From: a virus
Taxonomy: Duplodnaviria > Caudoviricetes
Virus record (IMG/VR): IMGVR_UViG_3300031867_000020
Coordinates: 43,885-107,884 of that record
Strand: one strand, 5' to 3'
DNA length: 64,000 nucleotides
Of this stretch, positions 20,269 to 30,313 are shown one piece after another (the stretch's first letter is position 1; every line of letters starts with the position of its first letter). The translations under genes were made by a program, and so were the position numbers. The notes under the pieces were generated by a model, which saw only the letters and a program-made list of their open reading frames with translations, was not told where the DNA came from and ran no database searches.

Positions 20269-22479
20269 ATGATTGCAACAGGGCAGATTACAATAACGGA
20301 TTTAAATGATGCAAATTCGATATGGACAACAACTGTCGCACCCACAACAACGACACCGAATTATACGTTTAGGATCGCGGATTTAATTGGTGATAATAAT
20401 GTTGAGCCAAAGCGCGGAGACGTTATTTTTTATAATATATACCGCTATGTGATCACCGAAGTGAATGCAACCACAGTTCAGGCCGGAAGCAGGCAGAGTC
20501 TGCGCGGCGCAACCGGTGCGGCTGGAAGCAAGTGGTATACAGGCACAGCAATCACAGGAGAAAGCACAACACCTGCAGCGTATCCAACAGGTATTGCGAG
20601 CGCAGCTGTTAACGATATGTATTTGAACATACAAACAAACAATACATATCAATGCACAACAGCGGGAAACGCAAGCACGGCTTTGTGGGTTTATGTTGGT
20701 AACATCGAAGGAGCTGAAGGTGTAAGCGTCAGTACGGTGAAGAGGTACTATATTCTCGCTTCTGTTAAGCCCAATCAGCCAGAGGATAATAAAGATCTTT
20801 CTTCGGCATGGACGGATGTTGAACCTGCTTATGAGTTGCATGAAGTTCGCACATTGTATATGACAGAACAAACGACATTTTCGGACCGCACAAAGCGATA
20901 TTCACCTGTTAGTATTGTGACTGCTTTTGAGGCAGCAAAAGAAGCAATGAAAATGGTTGATGAAGCTGCGATCAAAGGAAGGAACCTTCTGCTTGAAACA
21001 GAAGAAGGCCGAACAACCATAATCACGTCAGGAGAATATGTTTATACAGTTCCAGATTATGTTACATCAGCGGTAGGCAATGCGTTGCTTCATGCTAATA
21101 CAACGGATAGTTTTACAATTTCGTTTAACTATAAGATCGGTGAAGCTACCGGAACTGATCCTACGATTGGTATATATGTTCGACAAGCCGGAGATGAAAA
21201 CAAATCCTTTGTGTCTGGAAGCACGCAGACAGTCAGCTATAACACCAGTGGTACCTATGTTTATACATTCGCCTTATCTCAAAGTCAGGCTGAGTATACC
21301 GAATTTGGTTTCAGCGTAAGGTTTGGAGGATCAGCTGATACACAGGTTGAACTGTCCCACGCTAAGCTTGAAAAGGGAACGGTAGCTACAAAGTACAACT
21401 TTGCTCCTGAGGAAGGAAGCGATGTCGTTCAGTCTCGCATTGATATTACAGAAGGTGCTATTCGTGCGTATGTATCCGAAGAAATCACAAGAATCGATAA
21501 TGAAGCGCAAGCAACAACGGAAGATCTGCAATCGAAAATAAATGTTAACAAAAATGAGATCCAACAAAAAGTCTCCTTGTCCCAATACGGTGATGATCAA
21601 AATATCATCTCTGAAAAATTTACAGATGTAATAACAGATATCAATGGTGTAACGACTAAAGTTCAAGATCTTTCCGAGAAGCAGTCAAGATGGTTCAGCA
21701 TGGATGCAGACGGACTTGAAATCGGTAAACGAATATACAATGAAGATACAGATGAATGGGAGTCCGGCGAATTCACAACACATCTTGACGAAACAAAGCT
21801 TGCCTTTAAACAAAATGATGAAGAGGTTGCGTATATAAGCAATTCGTCTTTGTTAATCACGCAGGCTGTTATTAAGAATACCATGACGCTTGGTGGTTTA
21901 AGCGCAATCCTCGATGGATATGCTGTCAACTGGATCTTTGAAGATGATACGCCATTGATCAGAAGAAATTATATTGCTAAAACAGCTACGCCGACTACTG
22001 TTGCGATGTCTCGTACACAAAATTATAGGTATTCCAGTTATATTGCATTCAGTAATGATGGCGTCAATCCCGCGCCGCTCACTGCGCTGATGAGCAATAA
22101 CACAGAGGATATCTTTACTGTGTCTTTTGACTATAGCATCACAGGATTACCGGGAAATAATGAAAAGTTCCGACTTGCGGTGATGATGTATGAAGCTAAT
22201 GTCAATACTGCAGGATATACCTATCCGATAGAAGGCGGCGATTGGTATCGGTTAATCGATCCCGGCGAGCTGACCTCTGTCAACGGGCGATTTGAGCTTT
22301 CCTTCCGACTGACGGCTGGAGAGGCAGCAATGACGCTGGCGAGGATCAGAGTTTATATTCGATCTCATAGTGGTGAAGTTGGTTATACTCCAATTATGAC
22401 GGTGACTCACCTTAAGCTGGAGAAGAACGATAAAGCCACAACCTGGGTGAAAGCTCTTGAGGATCCGTTTGACGATTAA
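20269..22479 (+). CDS. Tail fibre protein with two carbohydrate-binding-like modules
   Basis: Two RN(L/Y)...FT(I/V)SF(N/D)Y...H(A/L)KLEKxxxAT modules (~20980-21405 and ~21960-22450) flank a coiled-coil and a LAFKQN..EVAYISNSSL segment. Confidence 0.7.
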   Translation: MIATGQITITDLNDANSIWTTTVAPTTTTPNYTFRIADLIGDNNVEPKRGDVIFYNIYRYVITEVNATTVQAGSRQSLRGATGAAGSKWYTGTAITGESTTPAAYPTGIASAAVNDMYLNIQTNNTYQCTTAGNASTALWVYVGNIEGAEGVSVSTVKRYYILASVKPNQPEDNKDLSSAWTDVEPAYELHEVRTLYMTEQTTFSDRTKRYSPVSIVTAFEAAKEAMKMVDEAAIKGRNLLLETEEGRTTIITSGEYVYTVPDYVTSAVGNALLHANTTDSFTISFNYKIGEATGTDPTIGIYVRQAGDENKSFVSGSTQTVSYNTSGTYVYTFALSQSQAEYTEFGFSVRFGGSADTQVELSHAKLEKGTVATKYNFAPEEGSDVVQSRIDITEGAIRAYVSEEITRIDNEAQATTEDLQSKINVNKNEIQQKVSLSQYGDDQNIISEKFTDVITDINGVTTKVQDLSEKQSRWFSMDADGLEIGKRIYNEDTDEWESGEFTTHLDETKLAFKQNDEEVAYISNSSLLITQAVIKNTMTLGGLSAILDGYAVNWIFEDDTPLIRRNYIAKTATPTTVAMSRTQNYRYSSYIAFSNDGVNPAPLTALMSNNTEDIFTVSFDYSITGLPGNNEKFRLAVMMYEANVNTAGYTYPIEGGDWYRLIDPGELTSVNGRFELSFRLTAGEAAMTLARIRVYIRSHSGEVGYTPIMTVTHLKLEKNDKATTWVKALEDPFDD

Positions 22480-22491
22480 GGAGGTGGGCGT

Positions 22492-24315
22492 ATGGCCACA
22501 ACAGGAACTGTTACTTATTCAGCAACAATTATAGGCAATCAACCAATTACGATACCTGGTTATCAGCTTTCGTTATCAAAATCAGGAAGCTTTCCATCGT
22601 CCACAGATTATACGATCAGTACAGTGGTTGTACAGAGAAGCTTTCGGAACGCAAGCACTTATGGTTTTCAAATCTGGACAGGAGCAAACAAAACCGGCGT
22701 GCAATTATCACAGACCATTGATGCACAGACTGGCGGAGGCAAAGCATCTACCACAAATATCAACAGCACTTATTTAAACAATATCAAAGCTCAACTAAAA
22801 AGCGGAACAGAAACTGTCTATCTATGCGCTATCAACGGTCAATCTGGTGAATTGAAGTCCGGAGAAATATTCAAGATTACAATCACATGGAAGGAGTCTG
22901 CATCTGCTGCGACGTTCGCTTGCGCGTCATCTGTTACGTGCGGCAGCAATCTGAGTTATACGTGCTCCGGAATGTCTTCTTCTTACAGTTACAGTTTGGT
23001 TATGACACTCGGCAATGGAGAATGGACGTATACACCAACTGCTTCTGGATCTATAGCGATAGGAACTGCGCAGGCTGCGGAAATTCCAAATGCCAAAAGC
23101 GCTACTGCTACCCTCGTTCTGACTACAAAGAATGGCAGTAAAATAATTGGAACAAGCTCAAAATCTGTAAAGATTACCGTTCCAGAGGACTCACCATATC
23201 TTCCGTCTGTGAGTAGCGTAACGATAACGCCTCAAAAAACCGTAACTGTAGATAATGTAACTTACATTTTGCAGAACCATTCCTACGCAAATATAAACGT
23301 AACAGCTTCAGCTGGATCCGGAGCTTCTGTAAAGACAATAAAAGTAGAAGGACAAAATTTGAGTGCATCTGTTTCTGGATCGTCTTTTGATAAGAATACA
23401 AAGACATTTACTGCAAACGGTTCGTTTACTTACACAATCACAGTGACGGACTCTCGAGACAGAACGTATACTCAAACCACTTCTGCGATCAACGTAACTG
23501 AATATACAAAGCCGACATGCAGAAACCTGACCGCAAGAAGGTGTACTTCTGATGGAGATATTGTTGCTACAGGTACGAACGTTGTTGTTCAGGGAACTCC
23601 TGTTTTTACTGATCTTGCTTCCAATTATTTGAAAGTAAAAGTGGAAGTAAAACAGGATAACGAAACCTACGAAGAATTCTATGATGATAAGTTTGTTAGT
23701 GGATGGATTGTTAAGAATGGCGCTTCTGCTTTTACTTTTGATGCTGGGAACCGCTATATGATAAAGTTTACTTTCTATGATAAGTTCACATCAAGCACAC
23801 CCATAGAGATTGTTATATCTACAGCTTACGTACTGATGAGATGGGATCCGGCCAACAATGCATTCAGTTATGGCGGATATCCTACTGGCAAAAACAGAGT
23901 AGAAATTGCTGATACTTGGGGTTTATACCATGGCGGTCTTGATGTTTTTTGGACTGGAGCTCCTGCACCTGTCTTATGGACAATGGAAGTTGATAACAGC
24001 AACGTGATGTGGTCCAGCGGACAGGCATCAACAAGATACAACTTTGCCGATTGGCTCGTTATTGGCGTGATGCTTGATACCACTTTTGCTACTGGCACGC
24101 TGATGAAAACAGGCACAAATATTTTCAAAGGTATTTGCTGGGATGTTGTCAATGGTGATGGACTAAGAGCTTTCGGCTTAGCAATTACGGTTAACACTGC
24201 AAATAAAGCGACAATATCCGCATTCGAAAAAATGAACATCAAAGTGTCTGGCGTTACCGATTATGGCACTACACCACGCGGAATTATCAAAATTTATGGC
24301 ATCAAACATATTTAA
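22492..24315 (+). CDS. Minor tail protein, DUF859-like
   Basis: AAEIPNAKSATATL..TT, TITVTDSR and YTKP...ARRCTSDG motifs typical of siphovirus DUF859 proteins. Confidence 0.65.
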   Translation: MATTGTVTYSATIIGNQPITIPGYQLSLSKSGSFPSSTDYTISTVVVQRSFRNASTYGFQIWTGANKTGVQLSQTIDAQTGGGKASTTNINSTYLNNIKAQLKSGTETVYLCAINGQSGELKSGEIFKITITWKESASAATFACASSVTCGSNLSYTCSGMSSSYSYSLVMTLGNGEWTYTPTASGSIAIGTAQAAEIPNAKSATATLVLTTKNGSKIIGTSSKSVKITVPEDSPYLPSVSSVTITPQKTVTVDNVTYILQNHSYANINVTASAGSGASVKTIKVEGQNLSASVSGSSFDKNTKTFTANGSFTYTITVTDSRDRTYTQTTSAINVTEYTKPTCRNLTARRCTSDGDIVATGTNVVVQGTPVFTDLASNYLKVKVEVKQDNETYEEFYDDKFVSGWIVKNGASAFTFDAGNRYMIKFTFYDKFTSSTPIEIVISTAYVLMRWDPANNAFSYGGYPTGKNRVEIADTWGLYHGGLDVFWTGAPAPVLWTMEVDNSNVMWSSGQASTRYNFADWLVIGVMLDTTFATGTLMKTGTNIFKGICWDVVNGDGLRAFGLAITVNTANKATISAFEKMNIKVSGVTDYGTTPRGIIKIYGIKHI

Positions 24316-24332
24316 GAAGGGAGGGAACTGCT

Positions 24333-24677
24333 TTGAGCCAGGATATTCCGAACCTTGGACAAGGAACAACTTCAACTATTGCAATGACTGTGGATAATTA
24401 TGATCTGACACAAGCAAAGGAAATACGGGTGACTATCGATCAGAACGGAAGAAAACTGAATTTCACTGGCGATCGTGTTATGACCATTGATAACGAGGGT
24501 GGAACTATTCTTATGGTTCATTTAACTCAAAGTGAGACTTTGAGTTTGAGACCTACCCTTGCTGACGTTCAAGTTCGTTGGTTGGATATCAACAATGAAG
24601 CCTATAAAACAGAAATTGAAACAATCAATATTAAAAAGGCGCTTTACAAAGGCGTTCTTGGGGAGGTGAGCACATGA
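24333..24677 (+). CDS. Small baseplate adaptor (BppU N-terminal-like)
   Basis: QGTT...DLT...VTIDQ...LTQSETLSL...VQVRW pattern; TTG start with SD; ATGA overlap with the next gene. Confidence 0.55.
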   Translation: MSQDIPNLGQGTTSTIAMTVDNYDLTQAKEIRVTIDQNGRKLNFTGDRVMTIDNEGGTILMVHLTQSETLSLRPTLADVQVRWLDINNEAYKTEIETINIKKALYKGVLGEVST

Positions 24678-27064
24678 GCGAAATCATTCATTTACAAGCG
24701 GATAGCAATCGGACAGATATCCCAATGCACATATCGGTGGAACGTGTCATTGAAGGCATCAGCCCGACAGTAGAATTCAACGATGTGGACAATGGCACAG
24801 AAATGGTTGTGACCGATATCCATGGCGAGCACTCTACGGTCATTCCTGACGGATATACGCCTGTAAAGGGCGTAGACTACTGGACAGAGGAAGACCAGGC
24901 TGACGTGCAATCCGCTATCGATAACGCGACAAATGCCGCGCAGAGAGCTACAAACGCCGCAACAGGAGCTACAAATGCAGCTCAAGACGCTTACAGCGCG
25001 ACAACCAAAGCAACAAATGCAGCGAGCTCTGCCAATGGAGCAGCAAGTAGCGCTAACACAGCGGCAACAATGGCGAACAGTGCCGCGCAAAGAGCACAAG
25101 CTTCTGCTACCGCAGCAGACAACGCAACTGCTAATGCCAACACGGCCACGTCCAGAGCCAACGCAGCCACAGCGAGAGCCAACAGCGCGGCATCTGAACT
25201 GGAGAACCTGAGCGCAAGCGCTACAACACTTGAGCCTGATCAACAGGCAACTGTCAACTATAGTAATAGTAAGCTAACGCTTGGCGTCCCAAGAGGAAAA
25301 GACGGAGAGAAAGGTTATTCTCCGACGGCTACTGTTACCAAATCCGGCAAAACAGCGACGATCACTATTACAGATGAAAACGGCACAACAACGGCTGTTG
25401 TCAATGATGGGCAGGACGGTTATACACCCGTTAAAGGCGTTGACTATTTCGATGGTGCCAAGGGCGACCCCGGCAAAGACGGTGAAGACTACGTTCTGAC
25501 TGAGCAGGACAAGGCTGAGATCGCACAGATGACTATCGATGATACCGCTGCTGCTGGCACGACTGACAAGACATGGAGCGCAGATAAAATCGCTGCTGAG
25601 ATCGCTGCTGGGACAGGAGTGCTTGTTGAGCTGAATATTGCTCGCGCTGGAACGGTTACAACTGAGGCTTCTATCGCGGATATTCTTGCTGATATCGAAG
25701 CTGGGAAGCATGTTTACGGACTTGCACATCTCGAAGGAAATCTCGGAACTACAGCAAACGCTTACGCGCCGATGCTTGCCATCAGTCTTAGTGGCGTAAT
25801 GGCGGCGGTTGCTTGCACTTTCAATATCATGGAAGGTGAAATTCAGGTACTGGGCGTATCTACGAGAAGCGGGGATGCATGGCAGATGCAATCGCAGATA
25901 CACATGAAGGCTGTTGCTGCCTCTATGGAAGATCGGCCTGAATCCTTCAACGCAATGAACTTGCCTATCTCTGGCCTCGGAGCGCCTGTTAACGCTACAG
26001 ATGCTGCCACCAAACAGTATGTGGATGAACACGCTGGCAGTGGAACTGTTACCGACGTTCAAGTCAACGGAACGAGTGTGGTCACGAATGGTGTGGCGAA
26101 TGTGCCGATTGCTGATGTCTCGCAGCCCGGCGTGGTCCAACCTTCTAATATATATGGGATTGGTGTGTTCAGCAATGGCGTTATTTATCTAAAAACTCCA
26201 TCCGATGCGAATATTAAGGCGGGATATGGATATAGCGCATTACAACCGCCGCAACAACATTTAGCAACCTTCTACGGCCTTGCTAAAGCTTCAGGCGACA
26301 CTACGCAGTCTCAGTCCTCCAATGCAATTGGAACATACACCGACAGCGCGAAGGCTTCAATCCAGTCTATGCTGGGTGTCAGCTCTATGCTTGCGCCGAG
26401 TGAAACAGAGGGAAGCGGAGCCAGTCGTAACTATGTTGTCGGTGAGACGTTCACGATGAACGGCAAGTTGTATAAAGCCACTATTGCGATCACAGAGAAC
26501 GATGTTGTTACAAGCGGTGTCAACTGCGCTGAGACAAACGTTGCGGATATTATTTCTTCACTCAGTAACAATAGTGGTGTAGAGGTGTTTGATTTCAACC
26601 TTGACCAACAAGATACAGTTACAACTACCGCCACTGTTGTTAATATTATTGCCGCCATAGACTCTGGAAAGACAGCTTTGGGCCATTTGATTATGGCTGG
26701 CGTAGGTGGTAACTTAGACAGTTATACACCTCTGGCAGTTACCACAATGGGATCTGTCATGGCGCTTGTGTTGGGCAGGTTTGATATGGGTGATATTGAA
26801 ATCTGGATAAACGGACAAAGCAGAAATGGTACAGATACATGGGGCGCAAATTTTGTACAGACATTGAAAGCAACAGGGGATAACAGCGGAGGACTTCCTC
26901 AAGTTTATAATGCCGCTTCTATGCGCATCAAGAATCTTGGCGCTCCGATTGCCAACGCCGATGCCGCAACCAAGCAATACGTCGATGATTCCGTTCTTTC
27001 TCAGACTGGCTTGTCCGTTGTTAACGGTCAGCTTTGCATATCCTACGAGGAGGAAAATGCATGA
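24674..27064 (+). CDS. Side tail fibre protein (Ala-rich coiled coil, collagen-like stubs, duplicated head domains)
   Basis: GYTPVKGVDY x2, Ala/Asn/Thr heptads, GxKGDPG, and two LGAP...DAATKQYVD trimer neck motifs. Confidence 0.7.
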   Translation: MSEIIHLQADSNRTDIPMHISVERVIEGISPTVEFNDVDNGTEMVVTDIHGEHSTVIPDGYTPVKGVDYWTEEDQADVQSAIDNATNAAQRATNAATGATNAAQDAYSATTKATNAASSANGAASSANTAATMANSAAQRAQASATAADNATANANTATSRANAATARANSAASELENLSASATTLEPDQQATVNYSNSKLTLGVPRGKDGEKGYSPTATVTKSGKTATITITDENGTTTAVVNDGQDGYTPVKGVDYFDGAKGDPGKDGEDYVLTEQDKAEIAQMTIDDTAAAGTTDKTWSADKIAAEIAAGTGVLVELNIARAGTVTTEASIADILADIEAGKHVYGLAHLEGNLGTTANAYAPMLAISLSGVMAAVACTFNIMEGEIQVLGVSTRSGDAWQMQSQIHMKAVAASMEDRPESFNAMNLPISGLGAPVNATDAATKQYVDEHAGSGTVTDVQVNGTSVVTNGVANVPIADVSQPGVVQPSNIYGIGVFSNGVIYLKTPSDANIKAGYGYSALQPPQQHLATFYGLAKASGDTTQSQSSNAIGTYTDSAKASIQSMLGVSSMLAPSETEGSGASRNYVVGETFTMNGKLYKATIAITENDVVTSGVNCAETNVADIISSLSNNSGVEVFDFNLDQQDTVTTTATVVNIIAAIDSGKTALGHLIMAGVGGNLDSYTPLAVTTMGSVMALVLGRFDMGDIEIWINGQSRNGTDTWGANFVQTLKATGDNSGGLPQVYNAASMRIKNLGAPIANADAATKQYVDDSVLSQTGLSVVNGQLCISYEEENA
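24925..25195 (+). repeat. Degenerate 21-bp (7-aa) Ala-rich tandem repeat
   Basis: ATNAAQR ATNAATG ATNAAQD ... ANTAATM ANSAAQR ... ANTATSR ANAATAR ANSAASE. Confidence 0.8.
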
Positions 27065-27092
27065 TTTGCATATTTATTAAGGAGGTGAGTGC

Positions 27093-27287
27093 ATGAGCAC
27101 AGTCACAAAACCTATTATGTTAGATGAAACAGGTCAGGCGATTGTAACACAATTACAACGAGCAAGCGCATTGCAGGGCCCTAAAGGAGACCCCGGTGAC
27201 GATTATGTGCTGACCGCACAGGATAAAGAAGACATCGCTGAAATTGTTTTGACTCTGCTTCCCTCTGCAACGGGGGTGAGCTTCTGA
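27093..27287 (+). CDS. Small fibre adaptor protein (KPxxLDETG / DYVLT motif)
   Basis: Strong SD AAGGAGGTGA; paralogous to the N-terminus of 29531-30313. Confidence 0.7.
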   Translation: MSTVTKPIMLDETGQAIVTQLQRASALQGPKGDPGDDYVLTAQDKEDIAEIVLTLLPSATGVSF

Positions 27288-28885
27288 TGTCTAATTATGT
27301 TGTAAGCGATACGACACTGACTTCAATTGCCAATGCTATCAGGACAAAAGGTGGCACAAGCGCAAGCTTAACTTTCCCGCAAGGGTTTGTGGATGCCATC
27401 GGGGAGATCAGCGGGGGCGGGGGCGGTATCACCGTTCCAGCCTACAATCCGCACGTGGATGCTGATGGTGTATGGCATCGACCGAGCGCATGGCCTGTTC
27501 TGGATGATTTACCCGCTGTGTCAGATACTGATTACTTCTATTTGCTCTTTGACAATGCGAAAGAAGATGCGTTTCTATCTATTGGATGTAGGACTGTCAG
27601 CGGCCAATGGACGATCGAACGTGGAAATGTTGTAAATGGCGTTTTCATAGTAGCCGACGCGCATACTTACAATTCAAGTGGCAATGGAAACGCCTATAAG
27701 GCCGCAACTGATGGATGGGGCGATTATCCAGTTTTTCGTATAAGTGCCACAGGAGGAATCAATTATATTTATTTCGGCAATTCGCCTACGGCTAATGGCA
27801 CAACTTTGGCGAAAAACTGGAACAGAATGACCGAAGCCGTACTTCATATTAAAACAGGGTGCAATATCGACCAATTCAGTGCCTTATGGAGTTTGGAGCG
27901 GTTTTCGTGGATTGACGGCGTGCCAGTAGGGTCGATCAACTTTGATGGGTGCTATAATCTTGCGGTTATTGACGGGCTTGAAGACTGGGATACAAGTGGC
28001 GTAACGAGCCTGAACGCAGCCTTCCGCAATTGCTGGTCAATGCTGGCGTTTGATCTCCACAAGTGGGATGTAAGCAACGTGAAATCTATCGGCAACCAAG
28101 GCGGTGCAGCAGGACTTTTCTGCTACTGCTATGCGCTAAAAGAGATCAACATCTGCGGGTGGAAACTTTCGAAGTGCACGCAATCAGGAAATGTTTTTCA
28201 AGAAGACTATAGCTTGATAAAGCTTGAAATGGCAGGGATAGAAATGCCACTGATCACATTTTGCGGAAGGTGGTTTTTAAACTGCCGATCACTGAAGGAA
28301 ATAGATGTTTCCACGCTTGACACGTCGAATATCACAACTATGAACGAAATGTTTAGCTCGTGCTATAACCTCGAAAAAATCATTGGTATAGAAGATTGGG
28401 ATGTAAGTGCATGTACAAACTTTGTTAGTATGTTTCAAAACTGCGCAGCTTTGGAGCGGCTTGATTTAAGCAAATGGCGACCAACGTCCGTGACGAGTAT
28501 GAGCAGTTTACCGGGCGTATCGGGATGCAAAAATTTGAAATACTATAACGTATCTGGGTGGGATACTTCCGGCATGACAGGCGGGCATATCTTCACGAAA
28601 CCTGATGCACCAACCTATCATAATATGACAGGCTGGACGATCCCGGATGACAATCTCAACTGCTTGCCAAACAACGCTTTTATGGTGGATTATTATCCTC
28701 CCACTGTGCGAGTCAGTCATTCTTACAATGGCTCGTATAATTTGAGTCACGCTTCCTTGATGCGCATCCTTAACAGCTTGCCGACAGTGACCACGGCGCA
28801 AACGCTCACACTTGGCGTAGTAAAGGCACGACTCACCGCTGAAGAAATTGCGATTGCAACAGCAAAGGGGTGGACAGTAGCATGA
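27287..28885 (+). CDS. BspA/DUF285-type leucine-rich-repeat protein (putative receptor-binding/adhesin)
   Basis: Repeated WDTSxVTxxxxxFxxCxxLxxLD units; N-terminal LTSIANAIRTKGGTS fibre-anchoring motif; C-terminal IAIATAKGWTV. Confidence 0.8.
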   Translation: MSNYVVSDTTLTSIANAIRTKGGTSASLTFPQGFVDAIGEISGGGGGITVPAYNPHVDADGVWHRPSAWPVLDDLPAVSDTDYFYLLFDNAKEDAFLSIGCRTVSGQWTIERGNVVNGVFIVADAHTYNSSGNGNAYKAATDGWGDYPVFRISATGGINYIYFGNSPTANGTTLAKNWNRMTEAVLHIKTGCNIDQFSALWSLERFSWIDGVPVGSINFDGCYNLAVIDGLEDWDTSGVTSLNAAFRNCWSMLAFDLHKWDVSNVKSIGNQGGAAGLFCYCYALKEINICGWKLSKCTQSGNVFQEDYSLIKLEMAGIEMPLITFCGRWFLNCRSLKEIDVSTLDTSNITTMNEMFSSCYNLEKIIGIEDWDVSACTNFVSMFQNCAALERLDLSKWRPTSVTSMSSLPGVSGCKNLKYYNVSGWDTSGMTGGHIFTKPDAPTYHNMTGWTIPDDNLNCLPNNAFMVDYYPPTVRVSHSYNGSYNLSHASLMRILNSLPTVTTAQTLTLGVVKARLTAEEIAIATAKGWTVA

Positions 28886-29094
28886 TTATTGAAGGAAATG
28901 TATTAACCGCCGACGAGGGCAAAATACTCACTAATGGCGAGACATATTCCGAACAAGTATATCTCGGCATCCACGACAGCCCGGACAACTGGCGCGAAGT
29001 GGACGCAGCGGACGGGATCACCGAAACCTCGCCGACCGATGACGAAGCCGACCTTGCCGAGGCGGCGCGCATCCTGCTGGGGGTGAGCGAATGA
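28882..29094 (+). CDS. Small tail-associated protein
   Basis: LTADEGKILTNGETY...YLG...NWRE motif common after fibre genes; ATGA coupling on both sides. Confidence 0.6.
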   Translation: MIIEGNVLTADEGKILTNGETYSEQVYLGIHDSPDNWREVDAADGITETSPTDDEADLAEAARILLGVSE

Positions 29095-29507
29095 GCTATG
29101 TCGAGCTGGCGCGAAAGCTTCGCCCTTATATTGAAAAAGCTGCGCAGAGTCTTGATGACACCGATGCTTTAGAAGCAGTTTACCTTTATCCTGAATGGTC
29201 TGGAGAAAGTGTTGAGTATAAAACTGATATCCGTCTGCGTTATGGTGATAAACTTTATAAGGTGCTTCAGCCTCATATGAGCCAAAAGACTTGGAGTCCT
29301 GATGTTACTCCAAGTCTTTATGCTCTTGTTCTTATTCCTGATCCTAAAGTCGTTCCAGATTGGGTTCAGCCCGATTCTACCAATCCTTACATGAAAGGTG
29401 ATAAGGTCAAACATAACGGTAAGACTTGGGAGAGTTTGATTGATAACAATGTTTGGGAGCCCGGTGCTGTCGGAACAGAAGCCCTTTGGGCAGAAATCAA
29501 TTCTTAA
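29091..29507 (+). CDS. Carbohydrate-binding protein (CBM5/12-like)
   Basis: YPEW...Y....R.RY..KLYKVLQPH and WVQP..TNPYMKGDKVKHNGKTWESLIDNNVWEPG motifs. Confidence 0.75.
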   Translation: MSYVELARKLRPYIEKAAQSLDDTDALEAVYLYPEWSGESVEYKTDIRLRYGDKLYKVLQPHMSQKTWSPDVTPSLYALVLIPDPKVVPDWVQPDSTNPYMKGDKVKHNGKTWESLIDNNVWEPGAVGTEALWAEINS

Positions 29508-29530
29508 TAAATTGAAAAGGATGGATGTAC

Positions 29531-30313
29531 ATGGCTTCAATTAGTAAGCCTCCTATTTTAGACGAAACAGGCAAGGCAATTCTAAATGAACTTGAACGGC
29601 TGACAGCTATTGCTGGACCTCCGGGAGAAGATTATGTTTTAACTTCGGCAGACAAAGCAGAAATTGCCGGGATGGTGGACGCGCCTGTCACCGACGTGCA
29701 GGTCAACAGGACGAGCATTTTGCAGGACGGCGTAGCAAATGTGCCTGTAGCAGGTGCAAATCGCCTTGGCGCGGCAATGGTCAAGAACCCTGATCTGTAT
29801 GGGATTGGTTTAGACAGTGACGGCAACATCAGGACAAGTCCGCCCAGCGTAGCAAATTATAAAGCAGGGATTGCTACTTACAAACCCGTTTGCGTTGCAA
29901 ATCAGCACGCCGCCGCTTTCTACGGTCTTGCCAAAGCCGCCGGAGATACCACGCAGAGCCAGAGCAGCAACGCAGTCGGTGCGTACACCGAATCCGCGAA
30001 GTCCGCGATCAGCGAAATGCTTGGCGGTGCGGTGGAGATCAGCGACACGACGCCGAGCATCACCGGCATGGCCGGGGTGCGCTATGTGTGCGGAGAGTGT
30101 GCGACACTGGACGTTATCGCCCCGGCGACGGGCTGCATCGACGTGACATTCACCAGCGGCAGCACGCCGACCGCGCTGACCGTCACAAGCGCGAAGGCAA
30201 ACACGACGATCAGGTGGGCGAATGGGTTTGATCCGAGTGCGCTTGACGCCGATACCGTCTACGAAATCAACGTGTTGGACGGCGAGCTGGGGGTGGCGGC
30301 AGCATGGACTTAA
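29531..30313 (+). CDS. Second fibre adaptor protein
   Basis: KPPILDETG and DYVLTSADKAEIA motifs, then a VTDVQVN...FYGLAKAAGDTTQSQSSNA block shared with 24674-27064; ends in FTSGSTPT...YEINVLDG. Confidence 0.7.
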   Translation: MASISKPPILDETGKAILNELERLTAIAGPPGEDYVLTSADKAEIAGMVDAPVTDVQVNRTSILQDGVANVPVAGANRLGAAMVKNPDLYGIGLDSDGNIRTSPPSVANYKAGIATYKPVCVANQHAAAFYGLAKAAGDTTQSQSSNAVGAYTESAKSAISEMLGGAVEISDTTPSITGMAGVRYVCGECATLDVIAPATGCIDVTFTSGSTPTALTVTSAKANTTIRWANGFDPSALDADTVYEINVLDGELGVAAAWT

